From: an uncultured Acidobacteriota bacterium
GTDB taxonomy: Bacteria > Acidobacteriota > UBA6911
Direction of reading: 5' to 3'
NCBI GenBank assembly: GCA_963843575.1
Contig: CAWJKZ010000013.1
Span: 384,001 to 448,000, forward strand
DNA: 64,000 nt
Of the stretch, positions 1 through 8,165 are shown piece after piece. The position numbers were made by a program, and so were the translations under genes. The notes beneath the pieces are model-generated. The model had not been told where the DNA came from. It saw only the letters and a program-made list of their open reading frames with translations, and made no database searches. Positions within the stretch are counted from its first letter, which is position 1, and each line of letters begins with the position of its first letter.

Positions 1-22
1 CCTGGAGTGGTAGACTCTCCGC

Positions 23-268
23 ATGAAGGCAACTACCATAAAACTAGGAGGGGAACTGCTTCAGGAGTTGGAACAGTCAAAGCCGGCAGGTAGCAGCGTC
101 GCGGCGTTTGTCCGGGAAGTTCTTTGGAGAGATCTGAGGCGCCGGAAGCTCGCCGACGCGGCAACGGAGTACGAGACGTTTCTGGCGGAGAATCCGGAAG
201 AGCAGGTCTGGATGCGGGAGTGGGATGAAATCGACCTTGCTGCCTCTCCCAAGCGGAATCGCCGATGA
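23..268 (+). CDS. Putative antitoxin (ribbon-helix-helix/CopG-like) paired with PemK toxin
   Basis: 81 aa, N-terminal MKATTIKL beta-strand plus acidic C-terminus; ATGA overlap with downstream PemK/MazF toxin. Confidence 0.7.
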   Translation: MKATTIKLGGELLQELEQSKPAGSSVAAFVREVLWRDLRRRKLADAATEYETFLAENPEEQVWMREWDEIDLAASPKRNRR

Positions 269-588
269 AGAGGGGAACGATCTGCTGGGCGAGTCTCGAG
301 CCGGTTTCTCCGCCGGAGCTGGGCAAGGCCCGGCCCGCGATCGTGATATCGAACTCGGACCAGAACATGGTTTTGCAGAGTGTAGTCGTGGTGCCGCTCT
401 CGACCAAGGCGCCCGAGATCTGGCCCTTGCGCCTGCGTCTCGAGCTGCCCCGCGGGAAAACATCCTTCGCCGTGCTTCCGGGAATCCGACAGGTCAGCAA
501 GGCACCGATCCAGGAGGTTGCCGGAATCCTCCGCCCCAACGACATGAGCCGTCTCGACCAGGCCGTCTCGCTGTACCTGAGCGATTGA
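265..588 (+). CDS. PemK/MazF family toxin (endoribonuclease)
   Basis: MKRGTICWASLEP..E.GKARPAIVISN..N....VVVVPLST, the typical PemK signature. Confidence 0.9.
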   Translation: MKRGTICWASLEPVSPPELGKARPAIVISNSDQNMVLQSVVVVPLSTKAPEIWPLRLRLELPRGKTSFAVLPGIRQVSKAPIQEVAGILRPNDMSRLDQAVSLYLSD

Positions 589-592
589 AATT

Positions 593-708
593 TGGAGTGC
601 GGCGGCTCGACGCCGCTTTCGGGGGCTGCGCCTTGGCGCAGCCCTTCACCGCGCTGGAGTGCGGCGGCGAGCGCCGCGACCAAAGCGGCGTCGAGCCGCC
701 GCACTCCA
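593..708. repeat. REP-like palindromic element, family A (inverted doublet)
   Basis: Perfect 27-bp inverted repeat TGGAGTGCGGCGGCTCGACGCCGCTTT (593-619) / AAAGCGGCGTCGAGCCGCCGCACTCCA (682-708) enclosing a further hairpin and a partial unit. Confidence 0.9.
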
Positions 709-725
709 CAGCGTACGGGAACAAT

Positions 726-2069
726 ATGAACGACAAGCTCTCGCCGCAGGAGATCTCCGACATTACCGCGAAGCACACCTATGGCACCTGGCGCTTCCAG
801 AAGGGTTGGCATCCGCTCACCGTCGTGGATGCGGAAGGCTGCTATTTCGTCGACGGGTCGGGCAGGAAATACCTGGACCTGTCGGCCCAATTGATGTGCG
901 TCACCCTGGGCCACAAGAACCCGGCCGTCATTCGTGCGATCGAGGAGCAGGCGCGTCGACTTCCCTACATCGCGCCCGGTTTCGCCACCGAGGTGCGCGC
1001 CACCCTGAGCCGGCTGCTGCTGGAGGTCCTGCCGAATGGCCTGGACAAGTTCTTCTTCACGACCTCGGGCACCGAGGCCAACGAAGCCGCGATAAAGATC
1101 GCCCGGATGTTCACCGGGAAAACCAAGATCATCGCGCGCTACCGGTCCTACCACGGCTCCACCATGGGCTCGATTGCGGCGACCGGGGATCCGCGCCGGT
1201 GGGCGATGGAGCCGGCGGGCAAGATCCCGGGGGTCATTTTTGCCCCGGAGGTGAACTGCCATGACTGCCCCCTCCTGCATCGCTATCCGGGGTGTGGCAT
1301 CGCCTGCGCCGAATACGTCCGGCACATGATCGAAAACGAAAGCGACGTCGCCGCCGTTCTTGTCGAACCCGTCGTCGGCACGAATGGCGTCCTGGTCCCT
1401 CCTGCGGAATACATGCCCCGGCTGCGGCGGATCTGCGACGATCACGGCGTTCTCCTGATCGCGGACGAGGTCATGAGCGGCTGGGGCAGGACGGGACGCT
1501 GGTTTGCCGTGGACCACTGGGATGTCCGGCCCGACATCCTGACCACCGCCAAGGGGATAACGACGGCATATGTCCCCCTGGGCCTGTGCGCGACCACGGG
1601 CCGCATCGCCGCCTACTTCGACGACCACTATTTCGCGCATGGCCACACCTATGAAGCGCACCCGTTGACGCTCGCTCCCGCGGTCGCCGCGATAGAGGAA
1701 ATGAAGCGGCTTGACCTGGTCCGCCGGGCTGAGGAGATGGGCAGCTACCTGGGGCAGAAGCTATTGGCCCTTAAGGAAAGACACCCGTCGGTAGGGGACG
1801 TGCGCGGTCTGGGTATGTTCTGGGCCGTCGAATTGGCGCGGAACCGCGACGGAGAACCTTTCAACACCATGGCCGACAAGGTTGGGGGCAAGGCCCTGGT
1901 GGTGGATAAGGTCGCTGCCGAGATGATGCGGAACGCCGTCTTCGTGCAGGCGTGGATCAACCACCTGGTGATCGCGCCTCCGCTGATCATTACCGGCGAG
2001 GAAATAGATGCGGCAGTGGCGGTATTGGACCGTGCTTTGGTGATCGCGGACGCGGAAGTAGAAGCCTGA
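726..2069 (+). CDS. Class III PLP-dependent aminotransferase (omega-amino acid/taurine-pyruvate type)
   Basis: SGTEANEAAIK, LLIADEVMSGWGRTG, DILTTAKG motifs; start placed at ATG 726 after the repeat. Confidence 0.9.
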   Translation: MNDKLSPQEISDITAKHTYGTWRFQKGWHPLTVVDAEGCYFVDGSGRKYLDLSAQLMCVTLGHKNPAVIRAIEEQARRLPYIAPGFATEVRATLSRLLLEVLPNGLDKFFFTTSGTEANEAAIKIARMFTGKTKIIARYRSYHGSTMGSIAATGDPRRWAMEPAGKIPGVIFAPEVNCHDCPLLHRYPGCGIACAEYVRHMIENESDVAAVLVEPVVGTNGVLVPPAEYMPRLRRICDDHGVLLIADEVMSGWGRTGRWFAVDHWDVRPDILTTAKGITTAYVPLGLCATTGRIAAYFDDHYFAHGHTYEAHPLTLAPAVAAIEEMKRLDLVRRAEEMGSYLGQKLLALKERHPSVGDVRGLGMFWAVELARNRDGEPFNTMADKVGGKALVVDKVAAEMMRNAVFVQAWINHLVIAPPLIITGEEIDAAVAVLDRALVIADAEVEA

Positions 2070-2070
2070 T

Positions 2071-2120
2071 GTCGGCGCCCAGGCGCCGACCACAAAGCGG
2101 CGTCGAGCCGCCGCACTCCA
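2071..2120. repeat. REP-like element, family A
   Basis: GTCGGCGCCCAGGCGCCGAC hairpin followed by AAAGCGGCGTCGAGCCGCCGCACTCCA. Confidence 0.9.
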
Positions 2121-2155
2121 GATGGTATAGTGGGCGGACATCAAGGAGGGGAATT

Positions 2156-3265
2156 ATGCGCGCGCTCGTCTGCGGTCTGCTGGTCGCTGTCTGCGGTTTC
2201 TCGCAATCCCAGGAGAAAAAACCGGTCGAAAAGTACGGCGTCACCGTCGTCGGTGGCCCGATGGACTCGATCCTCCTGAAGGACTACACCCCGGCCTCGT
2301 CCCTGAAGGTCCCTGCGACGCAGGTGGCGAAGGCGCGGGTCCCCGCCGTCGACGTCCACGCCCACGTCAATGCCGAGACCCCCGCCGAGGTTGCCGCGTG
2401 GGTGCGGGTCATGGACGAGGTGGGCATCCGCAAGACCGTCATCCTGACCGGCGCCACCGGGGCCGAGTTCGACAAGCTCGTCGATCTCTATCTCAAGCCC
2501 TACCCCGATCGCTTCCAGCTGTTCTGCGGTCTGGACACCTCGAAAAGCGACGCCGCGGACTACCCGCAGCGGGTCGTCCGTGAGCTCGTGCGCTGCGTTT
2601 CCAAGGGGGCCAAGGGAGTGGGCGAGCTCTCCGACAAGGGATGGGGTTTCGGCGGCAGTGCCGCGTCGGCCCCGCCGCGCAACCGGAGGCTGCACCCCGA
2701 CGACGCGCGCCTCGACCCCTTCTTCGAGAAGTGCGCCGAGCTGGGCCTCCCCATAAACCTGCACATCGCGGACCACCCGTCCTGCTGGCAGCCGCTCGGC
2801 CCGCGCCAGGAACGCACCCCGGACTTTCAGGGCTTCAATCAGTATGGGAAAGACGTCCCCTCGTTCGACGAGCTCCTCGCCACGCGCGACCGCATGCTCG
2901 CCAAACACCCGAAGACCCGCGTCATCGCCTGCCACTTCAGCAACCAGGGGCACGACATGGCGGCGCTCGCCAAGGTGCTCGACCGCTTCCCGAACCTCTA
3001 CCTGGACCTCTCGGCGCGCGACTACGAGATTGGCAGGGCTCCGCGCACCTCAGCGAAGTTCCTGGCCCGCTACAAGGACCGGGTTCTGTTTGGCACCGAC
3101 ATGGGACGGGACAAGGAGATGTACCAGGCCTGGTGGCGGCTGCTGGAAACCGCCGACGAGTTCATCCCGGGCCGGATCTGGTGGCGCTACTACGGCCTCG
3201 AGCTCCCCGCCCCGGTGCTGGAGAGCATCTACAGCGCCAACGCCGCGAAGATCCTGAAAGACTAA
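2156..3265 (+). CDS. Amidohydrolase_2 family metallohydrolase with signal peptide
   Basis: AVDVHAH, GVGEL, NLHIAD, IACH, RVLFGTD motifs; RBS AAGGAGG upstream; hydrophobic N-terminus. Confidence 0.85.
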   Translation: MRALVCGLLVAVCGFSQSQEKKPVEKYGVTVVGGPMDSILLKDYTPASSLKVPATQVAKARVPAVDVHAHVNAETPAEVAAWVRVMDEVGIRKTVILTGATGAEFDKLVDLYLKPYPDRFQLFCGLDTSKSDAADYPQRVVRELVRCVSKGAKGVGELSDKGWGFGGSAASAPPRNRRLHPDDARLDPFFEKCAELGLPINLHIADHPSCWQPLGPRQERTPDFQGFNQYGKDVPSFDELLATRDRMLAKHPKTRVIACHFSNQGHDMAALAKVLDRFPNLYLDLSARDYEIGRAPRTSAKFLARYKDRVLFGTDMGRDKEMYQAWWRLLETADEFIPGRIWWRYYGLELPAPVLESIYSANAAKILKD

Positions 3266-3267
3266 TC

Positions 3268-3379
3268 TGGAGTGCGGTGCCTCGGCACCGCTGTCGCGGT
3301 TGTACCGGACCGGCGAGTGGGAGCCCAGGGTCGGCGCCTAGGCGCCGACCCCAAAGCGGCGTCCAGCCGCCGCACTCCA
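3268..3379. repeat. REP-like element, family A (doublet overlapping the 3' end of the adjacent gene)
   Basis: TGGAGTGCGGTGCCTCGGCACCGC ... GTCGGCGCCTAGGCGCCGAC..AAAGCGGCGTCCAGCCGCCGCACTCCA. Confidence 0.85.
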
Positions 3380-4246
3380 CAGCCGGCAGTTCTCCTTCAC
3401 CTGCTCTTTGTATTTCGGGAACATGCCGATCACGAAACAGTCCTGCGGCTTGGCGTAGCTCATCGCGAGCTCCAGGGCAGCGAGCATGCGCGCGGGCGAA
3501 TCGCAGTGGCGCGTCGCCCCGTACACTTTGAAGATCAGACACGTCTTCCTGGTCTTGCGCACCCGTGCGAGCATCTGCTCCCGGTCCGGGTCCCAGAACA
3601 GCTCGTCGGGCACGGGCCGCCCCGCGAGCTTTTCCGCCTCCTCGCGCGTCCGGCTCAGGTTGTACAGGCACGTCATGTAGAAATCGAGGTCCCACCCCTT
3701 GGACTCGACGTAGTCGACCACCTCCGGGATGTGGGTCCCCAGGCCGACCTGGCAGCCGGTCTGGCGGATCACCTTGAGCATCTCGTACGCCTCGTCGATC
3801 TTTCCCGCCGCCCACAGCTTGTCGGTCTGGCTCCCGTGGTGATAGATCCCCAGCGGCTTCATGTCGGCCATCGCGCCGATGTTCCTGGGGACGTCGGCCA
3901 TCTCCGACGCCGTCTGGCCGATCCACTGGATCTGCCCTCCCTCGAGGCGGTACTCGTTGAGCAGGCGAATGATGTGACGGTCGCCCCGCGACTGCCACGT
4001 GTTGATCCCGGCCGCCTCGCAGGCGCGCAGGAGCTGTTTGACTCTTTCGGCGGTGAAGTAGTCCACCATCTCCCGGCTGAGTTGCGGCGACAGGTGAGAC
4101 GTCCCGCTGACCGGGTTTCCCCCGACGATCAGCCGGGAAATACGGTGCTTACCGAAACTGACCTGGGGGAAGCTCCCGCCTTGGGGATAGGCCGCCCCAG
4201 CGGCGGCCGCGGCGACGGTAGAGAGGAGAAGTTCGCGTCGATTCAT
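3338..4246 (-). CDS. Tat-exported aldo/keto-reductase-like TIM-barrel protein
   Basis: MNRRELL twin-arginine signal; ISRLIVGGNP, GLGTHIPE, CLIFKVYGA; same family as 38749 and 40372. Confidence 0.75.
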   Translation of the reverse strand: MNRRELLLSTVAAAAAGAAYPQGGSFPQVSFGKHRISRLIVGGNPVSGTSHLSPQLSREMVDYFTAERVKQLLRACEAAGINTWQSRGDRHIIRLLNEYRLEGGQIQWIGQTASEMADVPRNIGAMADMKPLGIYHHGSQTDKLWAAGKIDEAYEMLKVIRQTGCQVGLGTHIPEVVDYVESKGWDLDFYMTCLYNLSRTREEAEKLAGRPVPDELFWDPDREQMLARVRKTRKTCLIFKVYGATRHCDSPARMLAALELAMSYAKPQDCFVIGMFPKYKEQVKENCRLWSAAAGRRFGVGA

Positions 4247-4279
4247 ATGCTATCCTTATCACCTTATCCTGGAGGATGA

Positions 4280-4477
4280 ATGCAAAATCCGCCGAACAAA
4301 AAGTGCATCGCGTGCGAACGCGGGGCCGATCAGGTGCCGCTGATCGCCCTCGAATACCGGAACTCGACATTTCACATATGCCCGCAGCACCTGCCGTTTT
4401 TGATCCACGACCCGGCGCAGCTGATCGGCAAACTCCCCGGCGCGGAAAACCTGAAGCCGTCCGAAATCCACGACTGA
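4280..4477 (+). CDS. Small putative metal-binding protein (CxxC...HxCxxH)
   Basis: 65 aa, RBS GGAGG upstream, CIAC and HICPQH motifs. Confidence 0.65.
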   Translation: MQNPPNKKCIACERGADQVPLIALEYRNSTFHICPQHLPFLIHDPAQLIGKLPGAENLKPSEIHD

Positions 4478-4585
4478 AAAACAACAACTTGTCACGGAAG
4501 ACACGGAAAAAAACGGAAGACACCGTCCTAAGACTTCAAGTATTTCCGTGTTTTCCGCCGTTTTCCGTGTCCTCCGTGACAAGTT
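4477..4585. repeat. Repeat family B: inverted repeat built from 9-bp CACGGAAGA-like units
   Basis: AACTTGTCACGGAAGACACGGAAAA (4486-4510) / TTTTCCGTGTCCTCCGTGACAAGTT (4561-4585); left arm recurs at 62243-62272. Confidence 0.8.
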
Positions 4586-5837
4586 TTTTTAGAGTTGCCG
4601 GGAGAGCACAGTCCCTCGCGGCGTGCCGGACGCGGTCGTGCTTGTCCCAGGCGCCGCGGTCCACGAGTACAAAGAACTTCCACAGCGCCTTGTGTTTCTC
4701 CTTGAGCACCCGGATCTCCTCGTTGTTGCTCCCCGACAGCGGCACCGTCCTGCCCCCCTCGAGCCGCACGGGCACCTCCGCCTCCGGCAGCGACATCGAC
4801 GCGGACGGGCAGTAGATGATGACGTCGCGCGGATCGAGCCCGGCGGCCGCGGCGATCTGCCGTTCCGCGTCCTCGCGCCGGCCCGCGCTGTCGTGAAACC
4901 GCGCGACCAGTTCCTGTTCGCGCGCCTCCCCGGCCTCGACGGTCTCGACGAAGCACGCCTTGTAGATCCTGCGCTCCTCCAGGCGGGCGACGAGGTGAGC
5001 GACGGCCGGGTTGCGCCCGTAGCGCTCGCGCAGCAGCCACAGGAGCGTCTCGTCCCTCAGGGTCCAGAGAGCGCGCACCTCCATCCCGTCGCGCAGCGCC
5101 AGTTCGACCGCCTTGGAGATCATCGCGCCCGAAGCGATCTTCGAGTGGTGGAAATAGACTCTCTCGGAGAGCGTGTACCGCAGGCGCAGCAGGTTCACCA
5201 GTTCCGACAGCGCGTCGCGGCGCAGCACACCGTTCTTCTCGAGGTTGACGACCAGGCGCCCGTCCTGCACCGTGAAGGACCGGAAGATGCGCGGGTCGTA
5301 GTTCTGCGACAGCCCGGTGAAATACGTGTCGCGCCGCAGATAGTCGAGCAGGTCCGCGGTGATCGGCCCCGTGATCATGTCGGAAGCGAAGCCTGCCTTG
5401 CCGTCCAGTATGCGGATGACCTCGCCATGGATTCCCGCGGCGCGCAGGCGTTCGGCAAGCCGGGAATCCAGGAGGAAGTGACGCCGGCGCGCCTCGTCGC
5501 GGTCGTGCCGCGGCAGCACGCGCCGCTCGTCCTCCAGGGTGTGGCCGAACGGGATGTGGGTGACGTCGTGCAGCAGCGCCGCGGCCCGGATGACGGTTTC
5601 GGTCTCGGCGGTCACCTCGCACGTGTGCCGCAAGGCCTCGATCATCCGGCGTGCCATCCAGCAGGTGCCCAGCGAGTGTTCGAAACGCGTGTGCACCGCC
5701 GAAGGGTAGACCAGGTGCGCCGTGCCGAGCTGTCGTATCCCGCGCAGCCGCTGAAACTCCGGCGTGTCGATCAGCTCAACCTCGAGCGCGCTGAGCTCGA
5801 TGTCGCCGTGCACCGCGTCCCGAATAAGCTTCCGCAT
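4536..5837 (-). CDS. HD-domain phosphohydrolase (SAMHD1/dNTP triphosphohydrolase-like)
   Basis: IRDAVHG, FQRLRGIRQLG, HTRFEHSLG, ALLHDVTH, ADLLDYLRRD, VYFHH. Confidence 0.9.
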   Translation of the reverse strand: MRKLIRDAVHGDIELSALEVELIDTPEFQRLRGIRQLGTAHLVYPSAVHTRFEHSLGTCWMARRMIEALRHTCEVTAETETVIRAAALLHDVTHIPFGHTLEDERRVLPRHDRDEARRRHFLLDSRLAERLRAAGIHGEVIRILDGKAGFASDMITGPITADLLDYLRRDTYFTGLSQNYDPRIFRSFTVQDGRLVVNLEKNGVLRRDALSELVNLLRLRYTLSERVYFHHSKIASGAMISKAVELALRDGMEVRALWTLRDETLLWLLRERYGRNPAVAHLVARLEERRIYKACFVETVEAGEAREQELVARFHDSAGRREDAERQIAAAAGLDPRDVIIYCPSASMSLPEAEVPVRLEGGRTVPLSGSNNEEIRVLKEKHKALWKFFVLVDRGAWDKHDRVRHAARDCALPATLKKLVTEDTENGGKHGNT

Positions 5838-5852
5838 GCCGCTCTTATAGCA

Positions 5853-5953
5853 TGGAGTGCAGCGCCTCGGCGCCGCTTTCCCGTGCGTCCCGGGTCCACA
5901 ATGCCCGGCGCCTCGGCGCCAGCCTCAAAGCCGCGTCGAGCCGGCCGCGGCCC
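5853..5953. repeat. REP-like element, family A (degenerate doublet)
   Basis: TGGAGTGCAGCGCCTCGGCGCCGCTTT ... AAAGCCGCGTCGAGCCGGCCGCGGCCCA. Confidence 0.75.
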
Positions 5954-5996
5954 ACTTCCTGCCTCGCTTTGATCCGGACTGTGGTATGCCCCATCC

Positions 5997-6413
5997 TCAG
6001 GCCCGAGGCCGCGCCGACAGGTATGCCGCGGGGGACAACGCGTGTTCGGGGAACGCCTGGAGAACCTGCTTGTCAAGGGTGATCAGGCGAATGCCGAGTT
6101 GTTCCGCGAGCGCCACGAATTCGCAATCGTAAGCGCTGCAGCCGCTCTCGCGCGCCAGCCGTAAAATCGGCAGGGTCGGGAGGGAATACTCGTTGTCGGC
6201 GACCAGTTCCTCCGCGGCCTGCATCACCTCGAGGGCAAACGAGAGGTCGAATCTTCGGGTCCGCATTCCGGTCGCGAGGACATTTCTGAGTTCGCTGCGC
6301 CACAACCAAGGGACTGCCCACTGGGCGTCCTTCTTCAGAACCTGCTCCGCGCTGTCCGTCGCTTCGCTCGGCAGGAAGAGCGAGGCGATCAGGTTGGTGT
6401 CGACGACGATCAC
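5997..6413 (-). CDS. vapC: VapC/PIN-domain toxin
   Basis: MIVVDTN, SELRNVL, CSAYDCEFVALA, LITLDK. Confidence 0.9.
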   Translation of the reverse strand: MIVVDTNLIASLFLPSEATDSAEQVLKKDAQWAVPWLWRSELRNVLATGMRTRRFDLSFALEVMQAAEELVADNEYSLPTLPILRLARESGCSAYDCEFVALAEQLGIRLITLDKQVLQAFPEHALSPAAYLSARPRA

Positions 6414-6649
6414 CGCCGCCCCTTCCGTCGCGCCTGATCGAGTTCTTCGAGGGTGAAACGGGTTCGCGTGCGCGCCCGCAACATTTGTGCGTTCGCCAGG
6501 ATTTCGCGGGCGCTTCGTCGCCTCGGCAGAAGGCTCCTCTCCAGGCAGACGATGATCTCGCTGTTGATGCTGCGCTTGTGCGCGTCCGCCGATGCCTTAA
6601 TCCTGTCGTAGAGACGCTCGGGGATGCTTTTCAGGGTTATGTTTGCCAC
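6410..6649 (-). CDS. Arc/FitA-like ribbon-helix-helix antitoxin
   Basis: GTG start after GGAGGG; ANITLKSIPERLYDRIKASADAHKRSINSEII; overlaps vapC start. Confidence 0.85.
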   Translation of the reverse strand: MANITLKSIPERLYDRIKASADAHKRSINSEIIVCLERSLLPRRRSAREILANAQMLRARTRTRFTLEELDQARRKGRR

Positions 6650-6804
6650 GATCCCTCCGTGAACCATTATGATACCACAATGGTTACCCGTGGGCCGGGT
6701 CGGCCCGACCCGGCCCTGAGCGAAGTCCCAGGGGCCGCGTCGAGCCGCCGCGGCCCACTTCCTGTATCGCTTCAATCCGGATCTGTGGTATGTGTGATCT
6801 CCCT

Positions 6805-8088
6805 ATGTCAAGCGCTGCCCCAAAGCCCGACATCCGCGCGCGCCCGGAGCGCTGGGGCATCGCGGCACTGCTGTTCGCCGCGATGGTGTTCTGTTACGCC
6901 CACCGTGGCGCCCTGTCCGTCGCAGCTCCATTCATGCGTTCGGAGTTCGGCCTGTCGCGCAGCGCCATGGGGGTGCTGCTGGCGGCCTTCTTCTGGAGTT
7001 ACTCCTTCCTGCAGATCCCGGCCGGCTGGCTCGTCGACCGGTTCGGGGTGGTGCGGTCGTACGCGGCGGGTTTCCTGCTCTGGTCGGTGGCGCTTCTCCT
7101 CACCGGCTACACGCGCGCCTTCGCGATCCTCATCCTGCTGCGCATCCTGCTCGGGGTAGGCCAGTCCGTGGCCTTTCCGGCCAGCGCCCGTGCGGTGTCG
7201 AACTGGTTCCAGCAGCGGGAGCGGGGCACGGTCACCGCGTGCTACCTGACGGGGGTGAGGCTCGGTCAGGCGGCGATCAACGCGATCGGCGGCTTCCTGA
7301 TCGGGGCGTTCGGCCAGCGCCGGTTCTTCCTTCAGATCGGCCTGGTGCCGCTGCTGTGGCTCGTGCCGTGGCAGCGCTTTGTCGGGAGGCTCGAGACGGA
7401 GGAAGCGCCTGCAGTCGCCGGACGCACGCCCGAGCCTGGGGCGGCGGGTATCAAGGGCGTAGTGGCGCTGTTTTCTCAGACCAGCGTGCTGGGCATCTTC
7501 GCGGGCTTTTTCGCCTACGATTACGTCTGGTACGTCTTCACCAGCTGGCTGCCGTCCTATCTCGTCGAGGAGCGGGGCTTCACGGCGGCCGAGATGGGCG
7601 TCTATTCCTCGGTGCCGTTCGTGGGGATGTCGGTGGTGGTGATGCTCTCCGGGATCTTCAGCGACGCGCTGGTGCGGCACGGCTACCCCGAGCTGCGGGT
7701 GCGCAAGACGCTCTGCGCCGCGGGATTGATTATCGCCTGCCTGATCGTCCCGGCGGGATTGGTCGACGACAAGATGACGGCCGTCTGGCTGCTTACTTTG
7801 TCGCTGTGCGGCCTCGCGGTGGCGACCCCGAACACGTGGACCCTGACCCAGACCGTCTGCGCGCGCAACGTGGTGGGGACGGTCTCGGGGATCCAGAACT
7901 TCGGCGGCAACCTCGGCGGCGCGATCGCCCCCGCCCTCACCGGCTACATCGCGGACCAGACCGGCTCGTTCTTCCTCGCCATGGTCCTGTGCGGCATCAT
8001 CCTGGTCGCCGGTGCGGCATCCTACGTGCTGCTGGTCGGCCGCCCCGTCTCTGGAGTGCGGCGCCTAGGCGCCGCTTTGACGGGGTGA
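6805..8088 (+). CDS. MFS transporter, anion:cation symporter (sugar-acid) family
   Basis: AAFFWSYSFLQIPAGWLVDRFG, VSNWFQQRERG, SGIQNFGGNLGGAIAP; about 12 TM segments. Confidence 0.9.
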   Translation: MSSAAPKPDIRARPERWGIAALLFAAMVFCYAHRGALSVAAPFMRSEFGLSRSAMGVLLAAFFWSYSFLQIPAGWLVDRFGVVRSYAAGFLLWSVALLLTGYTRAFAILILLRILLGVGQSVAFPASARAVSNWFQQRERGTVTACYLTGVRLGQAAINAIGGFLIGAFGQRRFFLQIGLVPLLWLVPWQRFVGRLETEEAPAVAGRTPEPGAAGIKGVVALFSQTSVLGIFAGFFAYDYVWYVFTSWLPSYLVEERGFTAAEMGVYSSVPFVGMSVVVMLSGIFSDALVRHGYPELRVRKTLCAAGLIIACLIVPAGLVDDKMTAVWLLTLSLCGLAVATPNTWTLTQTVCARNVVGTVSGIQNFGGNLGGAIAPALTGYIADQTGSFFLAMVLCGIILVAGAASYVLLVGRPVSGVRRLGAALTG

Positions 8089-8163
8089 ACTTTGCTCCAC
8101 AGCGCGCACTACGAGCGGCGCCTAGGCGCCGCTCCGAAAGCGGCGTCGAGCCGCCGCACTCCA
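8052..8163. repeat. REP-like element, family A (triplet between convergent genes, overlapping the MFS stop)
   Basis: TGGAGTGCGGCGCCTAGGCGCCGCTTT ... GAGCGGCGCCTAGGCGCCGCTC.GAAAGCGGCGTCGAGCCGCCGCACTCCA. Confidence 0.9.
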
Positions 8164-8165
8164 GA

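Larger units (their letters stand above)
5930..6792 (+). repeat. ~59-bp imperfect direct repeat flanking the vapBC module
   Basis: 5930-5988 and 6734-6792 share GCCGCGTCGAGCCG(G)CCGCGGCCCACTTCCTG..TCGCTT..ATCCGGA(T)CTGTGGTATG. Confidence 0.85.

Noticed and set aside
225-725. N-terminal extension of the 614-aa aminotransferase ORF
   Set aside because: It overlaps the pemK gene and runs through a stop-free REP; homology begins near ATG 726.
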